A DNA stretch of 62,977 nucleotides, filler included, from Octopus bimaculoides (Eukaryota): the NCBI RefSeq assembly GCF_001194135.2. It is 4 parts of 4 records of this genome, joined end to end, with 100 filler letters (N's around TTAATTAATTAA, not from the genome) between each part and the next. Parts side by side here need not be neighbours in the genome. Positions count along the whole stretch, not along the records: positions 50,399 to 57,509 come from NC_069009.1; positions 57,610 to 62,977 come from NC_068983.1; 2 more parts are not named here. One strand, 5' to 3'. Position 1 is the stretch's first letter. Every line of letters starts with the position of its first letter. Position numbers and translations under genes: made by a program. This document shows, one piece after another, positions 51,796 to 62,977 of this stretch. The notes beneath the pieces are model-generated. The model ran no database searches, was not told the DNA's origin, and saw only the letters and a program-made list of their open reading frames with translations.

Positions 51796-52834
51796 ATAAA
51801 TTTATATATAAATTTATATAATTTTATATATATATAACAATTTGAAAATCCTACACGATTAGGTGAAAAGCGCTTTATTTAATTTATAAAACATGTGACA
51901 TTAATAAAAATCTGTAAATGTACAAACATCCAGATTTATGAGTATCTTAATTAATTTNNNNNNNNNNNNNNNNNNNNNNNNNNNNNNNNNNNNNNNNNNN
52001 NNNNNNNNNNNNNNNNNNNNNNNNNNNNNNNNNNNNNNNNNNNNNNNNNNNNNNNNNNNNNNNNNNNNNNNNNNNNNNNNNNNNNNNNNNNNNNNNNNNN
52101 NNNNNNNNNNNNNNNNNNNNNNNNNNNNNNNNNNNNNNNNNNNNNNNNNNNNNNNNNNNNNNNNNNNNNNNNNNNNNNNNNNNNNNNNNNNNNNNNNNNN
52201 NNNNNNNNNNNNNNNNNNNNNNNNNNNNNNNNNNNNNNNNNNNNNNNNNNNNNNNNNNNNNNNNNNNNNNNNNNNNNNNNNNNNNNNNNNNNNNNNNNNN
52301 NNNNNNNNNNNNNNNNNNNNNNNNNNNNNNNNNNNNNNNNNNNNNNNNNNNNNNNNNNNNNNNNNNNNNNNNNNNNNNNNNNNNNNNNNNNNNNNNNNNN
52401 NNNNNNNNNNNNNNNNNNNNNNNNNNNNNNNNNNNNNNNNNNNNNNNNNNNNNNNNNNNNNNNNNNNNNNNNNNNNNNNNNNNNNNNNNNNNNNNNNNNN
52501 NNNNNNNNNNNNNNNNNNNNNNNNNNNNNNNNNNNNNNNNNNNNNNNNNNNNNNNNNNNNNNNNNNNNNNNNNNNNNNNNNNNNNNNNNNNNNNNNNNNN
52601 NNNNNNNNNNNNNNNNNNNNNNNNNNNNNNNNNNNNNNNNNNNNNNNNNNNNNNNNNNNNNNNNNNNNNNNNNNNNNNNNNNNNNNNNNNNNNNNNNNNN
52701 NNNNNNNNNNNNNNNNNNNNNNNNNNNNNNNNNNNNNNNNNNNNNNNNNNNNNNNNNNNNNNNNNNNNNNNNNNNNNNNNNNNNNNNNNNNNNNNNNNNN
52801 NNNNNNNNNNNNNNNNNNNNNNNNNNNNNNNNNN

Positions 52835-53253
52835 GGCGAACCCTGCTGTACTCTTTCACCACAACTTTCTCTCACTCTTACTTCCTGTTTCTGTTGTGCC
52901 TGTAATTCAAAGGGTCAGCCTTGTCACACTCTGTGTCACGCTGAATATCCCCGAGAACTACGTTAAGGGTACACGTGTCTGTGGAGTGCTCAGCCACTTG
53001 CACGTTAATTTCACGAGCAGGCTGTTCCGTTGAACGGATCAACTGGAACCCTCGACGTCGTAAGCGACGGAGTCCCAACAACTTTTTGACAGTGTATTCT
53101 GAATGCTTGAGGGTTAAACTGAGAATCACGGTTTCGATTCACAGACCGGGCGTTGTGTGTGTTTATTGAGCGAAAAGATTTAAAGCTCCACGAGGCTCTG
53201 GCAAGGTGGGGGTGACCCCTGTTGTACTCTTTCACCCCCAACTTTCTCTCACT
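52835..53253 (+). mobile_element. Two tandem SINE family C segments (young 3' part, then an older partial head/body)
   Basis: ctgtactctttcacc.caactttctctcactctt occurs twice. Confidence 0.85.
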
Positions 53254-53254
53254 C

Positions 53255-53650
53255 TTGGTGGTGGTGGTGATGTTAATGATGTTGCTGCTGCTGCTGATGA
53301 TAAGGTCCAAGGTAGTGGTGGTGGTAGTGGTGATGATGATGATGATGTTGATGATGATATTGATGATGCATGTGATGATGATGCATATAATGTTGATGAT
53401 GATGATGACGATGACGTTGCTTATGATGACAATGTTGATGGGTGTGGTGGTGGTGGTGGTGGTGATAACTGATGACAGACGTGGTAATGATGATGATGGT
53501 GGTGGTGGTGGTTACGATGGTAGTGATGATGATGATGATGATACTGATGATGATGATGATGATGATGATGCTGCTGATGATGATACTGATGATGAGGTCT
53601 CTGTGCATACTGATAGCTAACCCCCACCACCACCACCACCACCACCCCAC
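53255..53650. repeat. (GAT/GGT)n low-complexity block
   Basis: Direct reading. Confidence 0.95.
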
Positions 53651-54207
53651 CGAAACAGACCAAAGCTGTTGGCATTCCGATCATTTCCCCCCCGCCCCAC
53701 GCCCACCACATCGCNNNNNNNNNNNNNNNNNNNNNNNNNNNNNNNNNNNNNNNNNNNNNNNNNNNNNNNNNNNNNNNNNNNNNNNNNNNNNNNNNNNNNN
53801 NNNNNNNNNNNNNNNNNNNNNNNNNNNNNNNNNNNNNNNNNNNNNNNNNNNNNNNNNNNNNNNNNNNNNNNNNNNNNNNNNNNNNNNNNNNNNNNNNNNN
53901 NNNNNNNNNNNNNNNNNNNNNNNNNNNNNNNNNNNNNNNNNNNNNNNNNNNNNNNNNNNNNNNNNNNNNNNNNNNNNNNNNNNNNNNNNNNNNNNNNNNN
54001 NNNNNNNNNNNNNNNNNNNNNNNNNNNNNNNNNNNNNNNNNNNNNNNNNNNNNNNNNNNNNNNNNNNNNNAAGTAACTGTTCAGTTCCCTTTCTCATCTA
54101 ACCCCCCAATTGAAATTTATCTTTCCACACAAAGCTGACATTTCCATCTCTCCCCCCTCCCTACTCCACACACACACACTCTCTCCTCTTCTCTTTCTCT
54201 CTCTCTC

Positions 54208-54238
<31 letters not shown>

Positions 54239-54404
54239 TTCAAGGTCCTACCCTCCTGTAATGTTATGCTATCTCAGGCTATTTCAAGCCCACTGCTTCT
54301 CATTTCTCATCATGGAAATTTGATTTAGTCCGTTATTTGTCTGAAAATTTTGCCTTTTGTACTGCGCTATACCACTCAAAATTATATATATACCCTTGAG
54401 CCAA

Positions 54405-54905
54405 CCAAAGCCTTGTGAGTGGGAATTGGTAGATGGAAACTGAAAGAAGCTCATTGTATATATACAGGGTGAGCCAAAAGTAGCTATACACTTTGAAATT
54501 CTTTCATTTTATTATTTTTACACTCATTTATTACAATTACATTTATGAAACACAGTTTAATCTCGTAAATGGTCGAAATGCCCTCCTTCAACATGGGAAC
54601 ATTCTTCCAGCCTCCCAGAACACCGTAACACACAGCACGTTATTCACGGTACCTGTAAAAATCGAATAAGTTAATTTTAAAAGTGTTTACCTACTTTTGG
54701 CCCACCCTGTATATATGTATGTATGCATGTATGTATGTATGTATGTATGCATGTAGGTGTGTGTGTGTGTGTATGTTGGTGCTTTTGTGTCAGTGTTTGT
54801 ACCCGCACCATTGCTTGACAACCGATGTTCGTGTGTTTACGTCCCCGTAACTTAGCGGTTCGGCAAAGGAGTCTGATAGAGTCAGTACTGGGCTTACAAA
54901 TACAG
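54405..54905 (+). mobile_element. SINE family D copy interrupted by a MITE
   Basis: ccaaagccttgtgagtggga..ggaaactgaaagaagc | MITE | ...cttgacaaccgatg..gtccccgtaacttagcggttcggcaaa. Confidence 0.8.
54465..54709. mobile_element. 245-bp Tc1/maT-type MITE with 30-bp TIRs and TA duplication
   Basis: CAGGGTGAGCCAAAAGTAGCTATACACTTT vs reverse complement of the right end CAGGGTGGGCCAAAAGTAGGTAAACACTTT (27/30); internal minus-strand remnant RLEECSHVEGGHFDHL*. Confidence 0.9.
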
Positions 54906-56054
54906 ATGCATGTGTGTGTGTGTGTGTGTGTGTGAGAGTGTGTGCATGCATGTGTGTGAGTGCGCATGTGTGTGTGTTCGTGTATGTGTGTGAGGGTATG
55001 CATGCGTTTGTGTATGCGTGCATGCGTGTATGTGTGTGTGTATGCGTGCGTGTGTGTGTGTGTACATGTGTGTGCACGTGTTTATCAGGAAAATATGTGA
55101 CTTATCTTTTAGAATTTTATCTAAAACCTTAAAGAAATGTAGACACATTAAGCGACACACCAATAACGAGATAATGTAATTAATTAATCACAAAAGAAAT
55201 AATTCTCAACATACCAAGCCAAAAATGGCCACCTTTACTGCCACAGGCTGTCACCATGCACTGAATGAAATCCAACAAGTTCCACGGAAGAATGTGAGGT
55301 CTTTGATACAAGAAATTTTGGGGATTGGTCTTGGGCATTTGGTACCGAATTTTGGTGCCAATTTGCTCAGGATGTTACATAAATACACACATACACATAC
55401 ACTCATACACACTTACAGAGGCATACATGCACACACATACATGCACACACATACATGCATACAGATACATAGGAATGCATACGTTCATACATACATACAT
55501 ACATACAGACTGACAGACATATGGACACACACGCACACATACATACATGTATATGTATGTATGTGTATGCGAGCATGTATATGTATATATATGTATATGC
55601 ATGTGTATGTATGTATGTATGTGTATATATATATATGTTTGTGTATATATGTATATATATATATATATNNNNNNNNNNNNNNNNNNNNNNNNNNNNNNNN
55701 NNNNNNNNNNNNNNNNNNNNNNNNNNNNNNNNNNNNNNNNNNNNNNNNNNNNNNNNNNNNNNNNNNNNNNNNNNNNNNNNNNNNNNNNNNNNNNNNNNNN
55801 NNNNNNNNNNNNNNNNNNNNNNNNNNNNNNNNNNNNNNNNNNNNNNNNNNNNNNNNNNNNNNNNNNNNNNNNNNNNNNNNNNNNNNNNNNNNNNNNNNNN
55901 NNNNNNNNNNNNNNNNNNNNNNNNNNNNNNNNNNNNNNNNNNNNNNNNNNNNNNNNNNNNNNNNNNNNNNNNNNNNNNNNNNNNNNNNNNNNNNNNNNNN
56001 NNNNNNNNNNNNNNNNNNNNNNNNNNNNNNNNNNNNNNNNNNNNNNNNNNNNNN

Positions 56055-56099
<45 letters not shown>

Positions 56100-56164
56100 C
56101 ATACATATATGCACACACACACAGAGATATATACACACACATACACACACACGTGTGTATGTGT

Positions 56165-56260
56165 GTGTATGGGTCTTCTCAATCGCAGCATATTTCCAAA
56201 GGTTTCGGTCTCTTATCATTGCCTCTGTGAGGCCCCACATGAACATTAATTTCATGAGAA
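56165..56260 (-). mobile_element. RTE-type LINE extreme 3' end
   Basis: GLTEAMIRDRNLWKYAAIEKT running into a (CA)n tail. Confidence 0.55.
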
Positions 56261-57082
56261 GACTGTTCCTTTGACTGGATCATTAGGAACCCTTGTAACC
56301 AACAAAGTGCCAGTTTTTTAATATTCTGTAAGGGGTAAGGACTGAGCAACCAGCAACAATGTGGATAATGCTTTCCTGTTTGTTATTGCAGGGTGTATAC
56401 TTCGTTTCTACCTCATTGTGTCTGACATTAATTGGATAGTTCTGGGTGAGGAGACTCTAATCTTGCACTACAAAGATATACCGTTCTGATTGATATTATC
56501 ATATTTATTTTTATTAATCATTTCTTTAAGTAATTATCCAATGAAACGATTGCTTGGTTAATCATTTGACCAGCCTAACAATCAGTAGTCAGCTGGTTTG
56601 ATGACAAAATTGCCGTCATTGTTTTGAAGGCATCATTCGCCATTCATGAATTCGTTTGTGACGGGACTGCATGTCATCAAAGTACTGAAACAAAATAATG
56701 TGTGTGCACATACGCACGCACACACACACACACAAATGTATATACATTTATACACATGAATTTACGCATGTACACACACACATATATACAAACGTATATA
56801 TATTTCTATGTATATATATCTTTCTCTATTTTTATATCTGATCAATCTATCTATCTATATATATATATATATATATTACGGAGATGTACTTGCATAGCAA
56901 GTGACCCGATCTAAGATCGTGTGCTGGAACGAAAATAATTGCAGCGTGGAAGGTGTTTATAAGCCATTATATATATATATATATATGTATGTATATAAAT
57001 AAGGATAAGATCAATATTTTAAATATCGATCTTATCAGGTGGCCAGCATGGGAATAAAAACCATTAAAGGTAACAATTATTT

Positions 57083-57248
57083 AAAATTATAATTTAGGGT
57101 ATCTAAGAGACACCACCACGCTGAAAATAGCAGTCAAATCTTGACTCTAAACCGCAATAAAATGTTCATTCTATTGTGGTTTAGAGTCAAGATTTGGCTG
57201 CTATTTTCAGCATGGCAGTTTTTCATAGATACCCTAAATTATAATTTT
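57083..57248. repeat. 166-bp foldback palindrome (hairpin MITE-like)
   Basis: Outer arms 23/23 (AAAATTATAATTTAGGGTATCTA); inner arms 57120-57159 / 57172-57211 match 38/40; 12-nt loop. Confidence 0.9.
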
Positions 57249-57509
57249 ATATTTATATATATATATATATATATATAAACACACACACGAACACACACAT
57301 ACTCAAAAACTGCCTGCTGACCCTCCACTAACCATTGTCCATAAGCACCCACTAACTATTCCTGCTACTAATTCCTTCCACTACGTCACACACACAAACA
57401 CACATACACACTAACAGATAAACCACCAAACCATGCACACACACACACATACATACGCGCACACACGTTCTGTTATCACACACACACTCGCAGACTCTCG
57501 CGCACGCAC

Positions 57510-57609
57510 NNNNNNNNNNNNNNNNNNNNNNNNNNNNNNNNNNNNNNNNNNNNTTAATTAATTAANNNNNNNNNNNNNNNNNNNNNNNNNNNNNNNNNNN
57601 NNNNNNNNN
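57510..57609. other. Artificial scaffold join (44 N + TTAATTAATTAA + 44 N)
   Basis: Same construct as the other two joins. Confidence 0.95.
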
Positions 57610-57622
57610 TATTTATATATAT

Positions 57623-57670
<48 letters not shown>

Positions 57671-57721
57671 ATATACATATACATATACATATATATATAT
57701 ATGTGTGTGTGTATGTATGTG

Positions 57722-57762
<41 letters not shown>

Positions 57763-58139
57763 GAATGTATGTATGTATGTAAGTGTATGTATGTATGTAT
57801 GTATGTATATATATATGTATGTATGTATGTATGCATGTATTCGATTGGCTTCCACGTAGATTCAGTGTACCAAATTCATTCACAAATCTTTGCTCGGCTC
57901 CAGACTATAGCAGAAAACACTTAAACAAGTTGGCGTGCAGTAAAAGTAAGTGTGTGTGTGTGTGTGTTCAGACTGCACATACTCTACAAAATAGAAGAAA
58001 TGCTAAAATAGTATCACTAATGACAAACCAGACCTCATAACAATGCTACATGAATGCAGTATAGAAACACAGGTTTACAACTTCCCTAAGTGGTTAATAC
58101 TATATGTATCTGAGATGCAGTGAGTTAGGGGACCTGGTG

Positions 58140-58425
58140 GTGCACAAAAAGTACTTCGTCGGTTACGGCGACGAGGATTGCAGCCGATCCGATTAACGGA
58201 ACAGCCTACTCGTGAAATTAAGGTGCAAGTGGCTGAGCACTCGGCAGAAACGTGTACCCTAAACGTAGTTCTCAAGGATATTCAGTGTGACATGGCTGGT
58301 CCTTTGACATACAGGTACTACTCATTTATTAACCAGCTGAGTAGACTGGGGGCAATGAGAACTAAAGTGTCTGGCTGAAGGACACAACGTGCCGCCGGGA
58401 ATCAAGCTTACGAGCTTATGGTCAT
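58140..58425 (-). mobile_element. Diverged SINE sharing the family C core
   Basis: ctcgtgaaattaaggtgcaagtggctgagcactc..cgtgtaccctaaacgtagttctc. Confidence 0.7.
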
Positions 58426-59726
58426 GAGCCGAAGATTCCAGCCATTAAGGTACGCACCTGATTGTGTATTAGAAACTCCTAAAATATCTTTGAAAAACAC
58501 ATGCGTGGATATAGGTGTCTATGTGTGCGTGCGAGCGTGTGGACGTCTGTGTGCGTGTGTGCATGCGATTGGATTTAGTATGCATGTACAACATGATTAA
58601 ATACGAGTTTAATCTCAAAAGCTTCAGTTCTCAGGAACGAAAACGATCAATAACATCCAATCTAATTAGAGGGATACGTATCCATTCAATCAGAAAGAGA
58701 GTGCGAATAGGCATAGACAAACAAACATTGCAAAAAGAAGTTTTCGGGATCAAATAGCGACATGATACAAAAAACAGCAAATTTGAAATTGTTATTGAAT
58801 ACAGATTGAATAAGAAACAAGGACAAGAGTTTATACACACAAAACCAGCAGTTGTTTTTGTTATTGTAACTTTACATGCAGCTGTTTTGGATATTATTTC
58901 GACTCCTGGGACTGATGAGTTTCAGTGATCAAATATACAAACACTTACGTATACGAAAACAAACCAGTATTTCATAGACATATATATATATACATAAGTA
59001 CATATATATGTGTGTGTGTATCTAAGTATGTATACATCTACACATATTTTCAATAATACAATATACGCATGCACATAGGACGTAAATATATATCATGTAT
59101 ATAATATATGTGTGTGTATGCAAACATATACTTAGAAATGTACGTATCAGAAACACGTGTACTGATCATATTGCCATGTATGTGTATGTATGTATACTAA
59201 TAATATTGCCATGTGTGTGTATATNNNNNNNNNNNNNNNNNNNNNNNNNNNNNNNNNNNNNNNNNNNNNNNNNNNNNNNNNNNNNNNNNNNNNNNNNNNN
59301 NNNNNNNNNNNNNNNNNNNNNNATATATATATATATATGAAAATACGTAGATATATAAATACATACACAGATACACATTTGCATACATACATACATACAT
59401 ACATACATACATACATACGTACGTACGTACATATACGTATACACACACACATGTATGTGTATATATATATATGTAAATGAATATATACGTTCGATGTACA
59501 TAACGAAGTTTGCTAGTGTGCCTGTGTGACTGTATATAGGTGTGTGCTCGAAGAAAATATATAAGCAGAAACAATAACAAGTCTAGTGAAAAATATTCAA
59601 ATACAAACAGTAGGTGAAGTATATTTAGATAAGGATTATCGATAAGGACATAATTGAGAAAATGAAAGGGAACATTGAGACGGAGAGAAAATTACGCACG
59701 GTGTAGATAGATATATAGATAGATAT

Positions 59727-59761
<35 letters not shown>

Positions 59762-59808
59762 CATGCTCATACACACACATACATACACACACACACACAC
59801 ATATATAT

Positions 59809-59854
<46 letters not shown>

Positions 59855-60186
59855 NNNNNNNNNNNNNNNNNNNNNNNNNNNNNNNNNNNNNNNNNNNNNN
59901 NNNNNNNNNNNNNNNNNNNNNNNNNNNNNNNNNNNNNNNNNNNNNNNNNNNNNNNNNNNNNNNNNNNNNNNNNNNNNNNNNNNNNNNNNNNNNNNNNNNN
60001 NNNNNNNNNNNNNNNNNNNNNNNNNNNNNNNNNNNNNNNNNNNNNNNNNNNNNNNNNNNNNNNNNNNNNNNNNNNNNNNNNNNNNNNNNNNNNNNNNNNN
60101 NNNNNNNNNNNNNNNNNNNNNNNNNNNNNNNNNNNNNNNNNNNNNNNNNNNNNNNNNNNNNNNNNGCATATAATGAAAATATATGC

Positions 60187-60225
<39 letters not shown>

Positions 60226-60424
60226 CGCGCACATACACAGACGAAGAGAGAGAGAGAGAGTGACATACACAGCGGCTAACAGACTAGCAGAGATAGTGAT
60301 AGATTTAAATGTATCAATGTGTATGTGTGTACGCGTGAATGTATTTGTATGCATTGGTGTAGGTTAATGTTTACGAACGACGGGAAAAGTACCAGCATTT
60401 CGGAGAAGTCAGTCTACATATATA

Positions 60425-60995
60425 CGAGGGGGTACCCAAAAGAAACCGCAATTTACAATATTATTTCATTAACTTTTTTGAAGCAATGGATCAGACCAGA
60501 CGCGTTTTTTTTTCTGTTCTAAGCAGTGATAGAACTCTTGCGAAGTGACGTGGTTTTTTTTCTTTACATCTTCAAATTCCGTAGCTCTAGCTTCCGTCAC
60601 CAGTGATGTCTTCGAAAAAAGGTCCGGATCATCTTTCAACAGTTCACGACACGCATTTAGTCGTGACAGCTTTTGATCTTCCGTGAGCAAGCGATGCACG
60701 AATTTTGCTGCAACTCTTTCCATTCGCAATTCCTCGCTCACCATTCGTTGCCTTCAGGACACACTAATTATATCAATAAGTTTGTCAGTTGTTCGGTGAC
60801 TATCCTCCAAGATCAGTTCATGAATTTTCATGATATTTTCATTTGTTCGGGAGGTCGACGGTCACCCTAAATCAGATTGGTCTTCAAGCGACAAGTGACC
60901 ATCCAAAAGCATGAAAATCACTCGTAACCTTGTGTGTTGCTAATGGCGGCGTTTTTGTAAGCTGTTTGAAGCATGACAACTGTTTGCAGTTTACT
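60425..60995 (-). mobile_element. Internally deleted mariner (irritans-like) relic
   Basis: TA|CGAGGGGGTACCCAAAA end; MLQTAYKNAAIS..SLEDQ..PSTSRTNENI..; EELRMERVAAKFVHRLLTEDQKLSRLNACRELLKDDPDLFSK joined to FEDVKKK. Confidence 0.85.
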
Positions 60996-61049
60996 TTATA
61001 TCATAGTGCTTGATTTCGTATCGATTTGACCCCGTTATATTGAGTTTGT

Positions 61050-61350
61050 GTAGAAGAAATGAAGAGATCCTACGGTGTACTGGCCTTCCACTTATGATGG
61101 AAACCTTCATTGATAGAAATTTACGGTGGTTGGGCCACATACACAGGATGAACAACAACAGATACCCCAGACAAATCCTTTACTCCCAACTTTGCAAAGG
61201 GAAAAGAAACCACGGTAGACCTAGACTGAGATTCAAAGATATTGCAAAAAGGTACATGAAGTGGAAAAGAATTGACCATGATAAATGGCAAACCCAAGCG
61301 GAAAACTGACCAGTATGAAAAACATTTATGAAGTCATGTCCAAACCATGA
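61050..61350 (+). mobile_element. RTE (BovB-like) LINE C-terminal fragment
   Basis: NEEILRCTGL..RNLRWLGHIHRMNNNRYPRQILYSQLCKGKRNHGRPRLRFKD. Confidence 0.9.
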
Positions 61351-61394
61351 GCAGTCATAGCCGTGACAACTGACTGCAGTTATAGATCAGATCC

Positions 61395-61700
61395 CTATTA
61401 GACAGTGCTTGATTTGATTTTTGAACTTCTCTCGCAGGAAACTATGAAGGTGCTTGAAAAGTAGTAGTCGGTAGGGAATAAGTTGGGTGGGGAAGAACTT
61501 CGTAGCCAAGTTCCCTCAACTTCTGGAGAGTCATTAGTGAAAGTTGTGGTCGAGTATTTTCATGAAGAATGATTGGCCCTCTTCTGTTGACCCGTCTGGG
61601 ATGGAGGAGTAGCAGTTTTCGTTCATTTTGGTAATTTCATGGCAATATGCTTCTGCAGTAATGGTTTTCCGAGTTTTAAGAGGTTTTTATTAGATGAATC
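61395..61700 (-). mobile_element. Mariner catalytic-domain fragment
   Basis: KTITAEAYCHEI..RVNRRGPIILHENTRPQ..LQKLRELGYEVLPHPTYS..PTDYYFFKHL. Confidence 0.8.
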
Positions 61701-61774
61701 CAGTTTTAAGCCCATGACGCAATTGGATCTTCCGCATCATTTTACTGTTGATTCTGTTTAGTAAAGTTTGACAT

Positions 61775-62330
61775 ATATTAATAATTTTCCATTGATTTAG
61801 ACAGTATTTTGCTTTTTATGATGGTAAGTGTGAGAAGAACTTTGTTCATCTTGGAGTCCTTCTTTAGTTTCAGTTTGTTTTGAAATATAATGTAGACTTC
61901 AACAACTTTAGAATTGTGGATGGAAATGTAAGGTAGGACTTTTTGATTCATAAAATATTTCTTTGTTTTGTTTTTCATAATGCCTAGCTTGTTACATTCC
62001 AACATGATCTTTGCAAAAGAGTTAAACTTTAAGAATTTGAAGTCGTACATTTGAACTTACAGATGTTTTCTCTGGATATAACTATGCAGATTTTTTTGAC
62101 TAGACTATAAGAGATATTTACTCTGTCGTGTCTCGGGTGTAACGAATTGAAAAGTAGTTAATAGGTGTACAGTATATATCAGACTCTTTCTGGTTGTTCG
62201 GGTTTTATATTTTGGATGTCTTAAAATGGGAGTTAATCTTGGCAACATTTCATGGTGAATCATATAATTTTGTTAATTGTATTAAGTAGTGTTTTAAATT
62301 CTTTTACTTTCTCTCTACTTTTAGAGCTCT
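61775..62330 (-). pseudogene. Penelope-like element RT C-terminal/thumb fragment
   Basis: KEFKTLLNTINKII*FTMK..LPF*DI..LLFNSLHPRHDRVNISYSLVKKI, then VLPYISIHN. Confidence 0.6.
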
Positions 62331-62944
62331 ATTCTGATGTGAAACGAGTCCCAGTCGAGTCTAGGCAAGCTTTCTCATGCATAGATGCATATATTAATGA
62401 GTAGGATGAGTATGCACGTATCTATAAAAATGTGTTTAACGATAACTTTCGGCACTAAGAAGAAAAACAAAATAAAAGAAGAGAAATCGACCAAAAATTG
62501 TTAAATCAGATCAGAATCATACACATAAAACTCAACCATTCAGAACAAAAACACTGACATCAGCATATTGAAGTAAACAATTTAAAAATAAGGATCCTGA
62601 TCGAAAAATAGTGATACAATAAATAAGATAGGAAATTTTGAAATCCAAGCGAAATCTAAAGCAAGTGCAGAGAGAATGATAAAGATTGTAAAATATATAC
62701 AAATAACCAAGGTTTCTTTTCTATACATACTAATGAAGTAAAAGAAAAAAAATCAACCTCTACACATGAACATATGAACGAATATATATGTGCGCGTGCG
62801 TGTGTAGGTGTGTGTGTTTGAGTGAGGCCGCGCTTATGAGTTTGTACTTATGTGCATTTTTGTGCGTATATAACTGTTCGAATGCACATTTGTGTATCAA
62901 TGTGTATGTGTGTATATATATATATATGTGTATATATATATATA

Positions 62945-62977
<33 letters not shown>

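Noticed and set aside
58949-58985. Minus-strand MSMKYWFVFVY|gtaagt as first coding exon
   Set aside because: Phase 0, incompatible with the phase-1 acceptor; lies beyond three artificial joins

Overview
Animal (eukaryotic) genomic DNA, AT-rich and saturated with microsatellites and N-gaps. The SINE/LINE families look like octopus repeats; this is recognition from memory, not a database result. Three identical 100-bp spacers (44 N + TTAATTAATTAA + 44 N) show the window is four artificially joined sequences: 1-26339, 26440-50298, 50399-57509, 57610-62977. I can support only one host coding exon: 11716-11840 on the minus strand, with clean splice sites, encoding the end of a signal peptide and the first half of a DPR/zig-8/lachesin-like Ig domain. 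Its neighbouring exons were not found, so the flanking DNA is probably large introns. The rest is a transposon fossil record: six mariner relics, a DD37D (maT-type) transposase, MITEs, RTE and CR1 LINE ends, four SINE families and two Penelope-like element (PLE) ORF fossils. The most interesting non-obvious signals are: (1) a 236-bp, target-site-duplicated, non-coding element carrying a minimal hammerhead-ribozyme motif plus an inverted ribozyme-deleted copy of itself (45125-45360), with related hammerhead-like remnants at 33051 and 22330; (2) several near-perfect inverted repeats, including a SINE pair whose arms share private mutations; (3) a sharp CpG-content step at the first scaffold join. 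Almost all ORFs in the supplied track are microsatellite or N artefacts.
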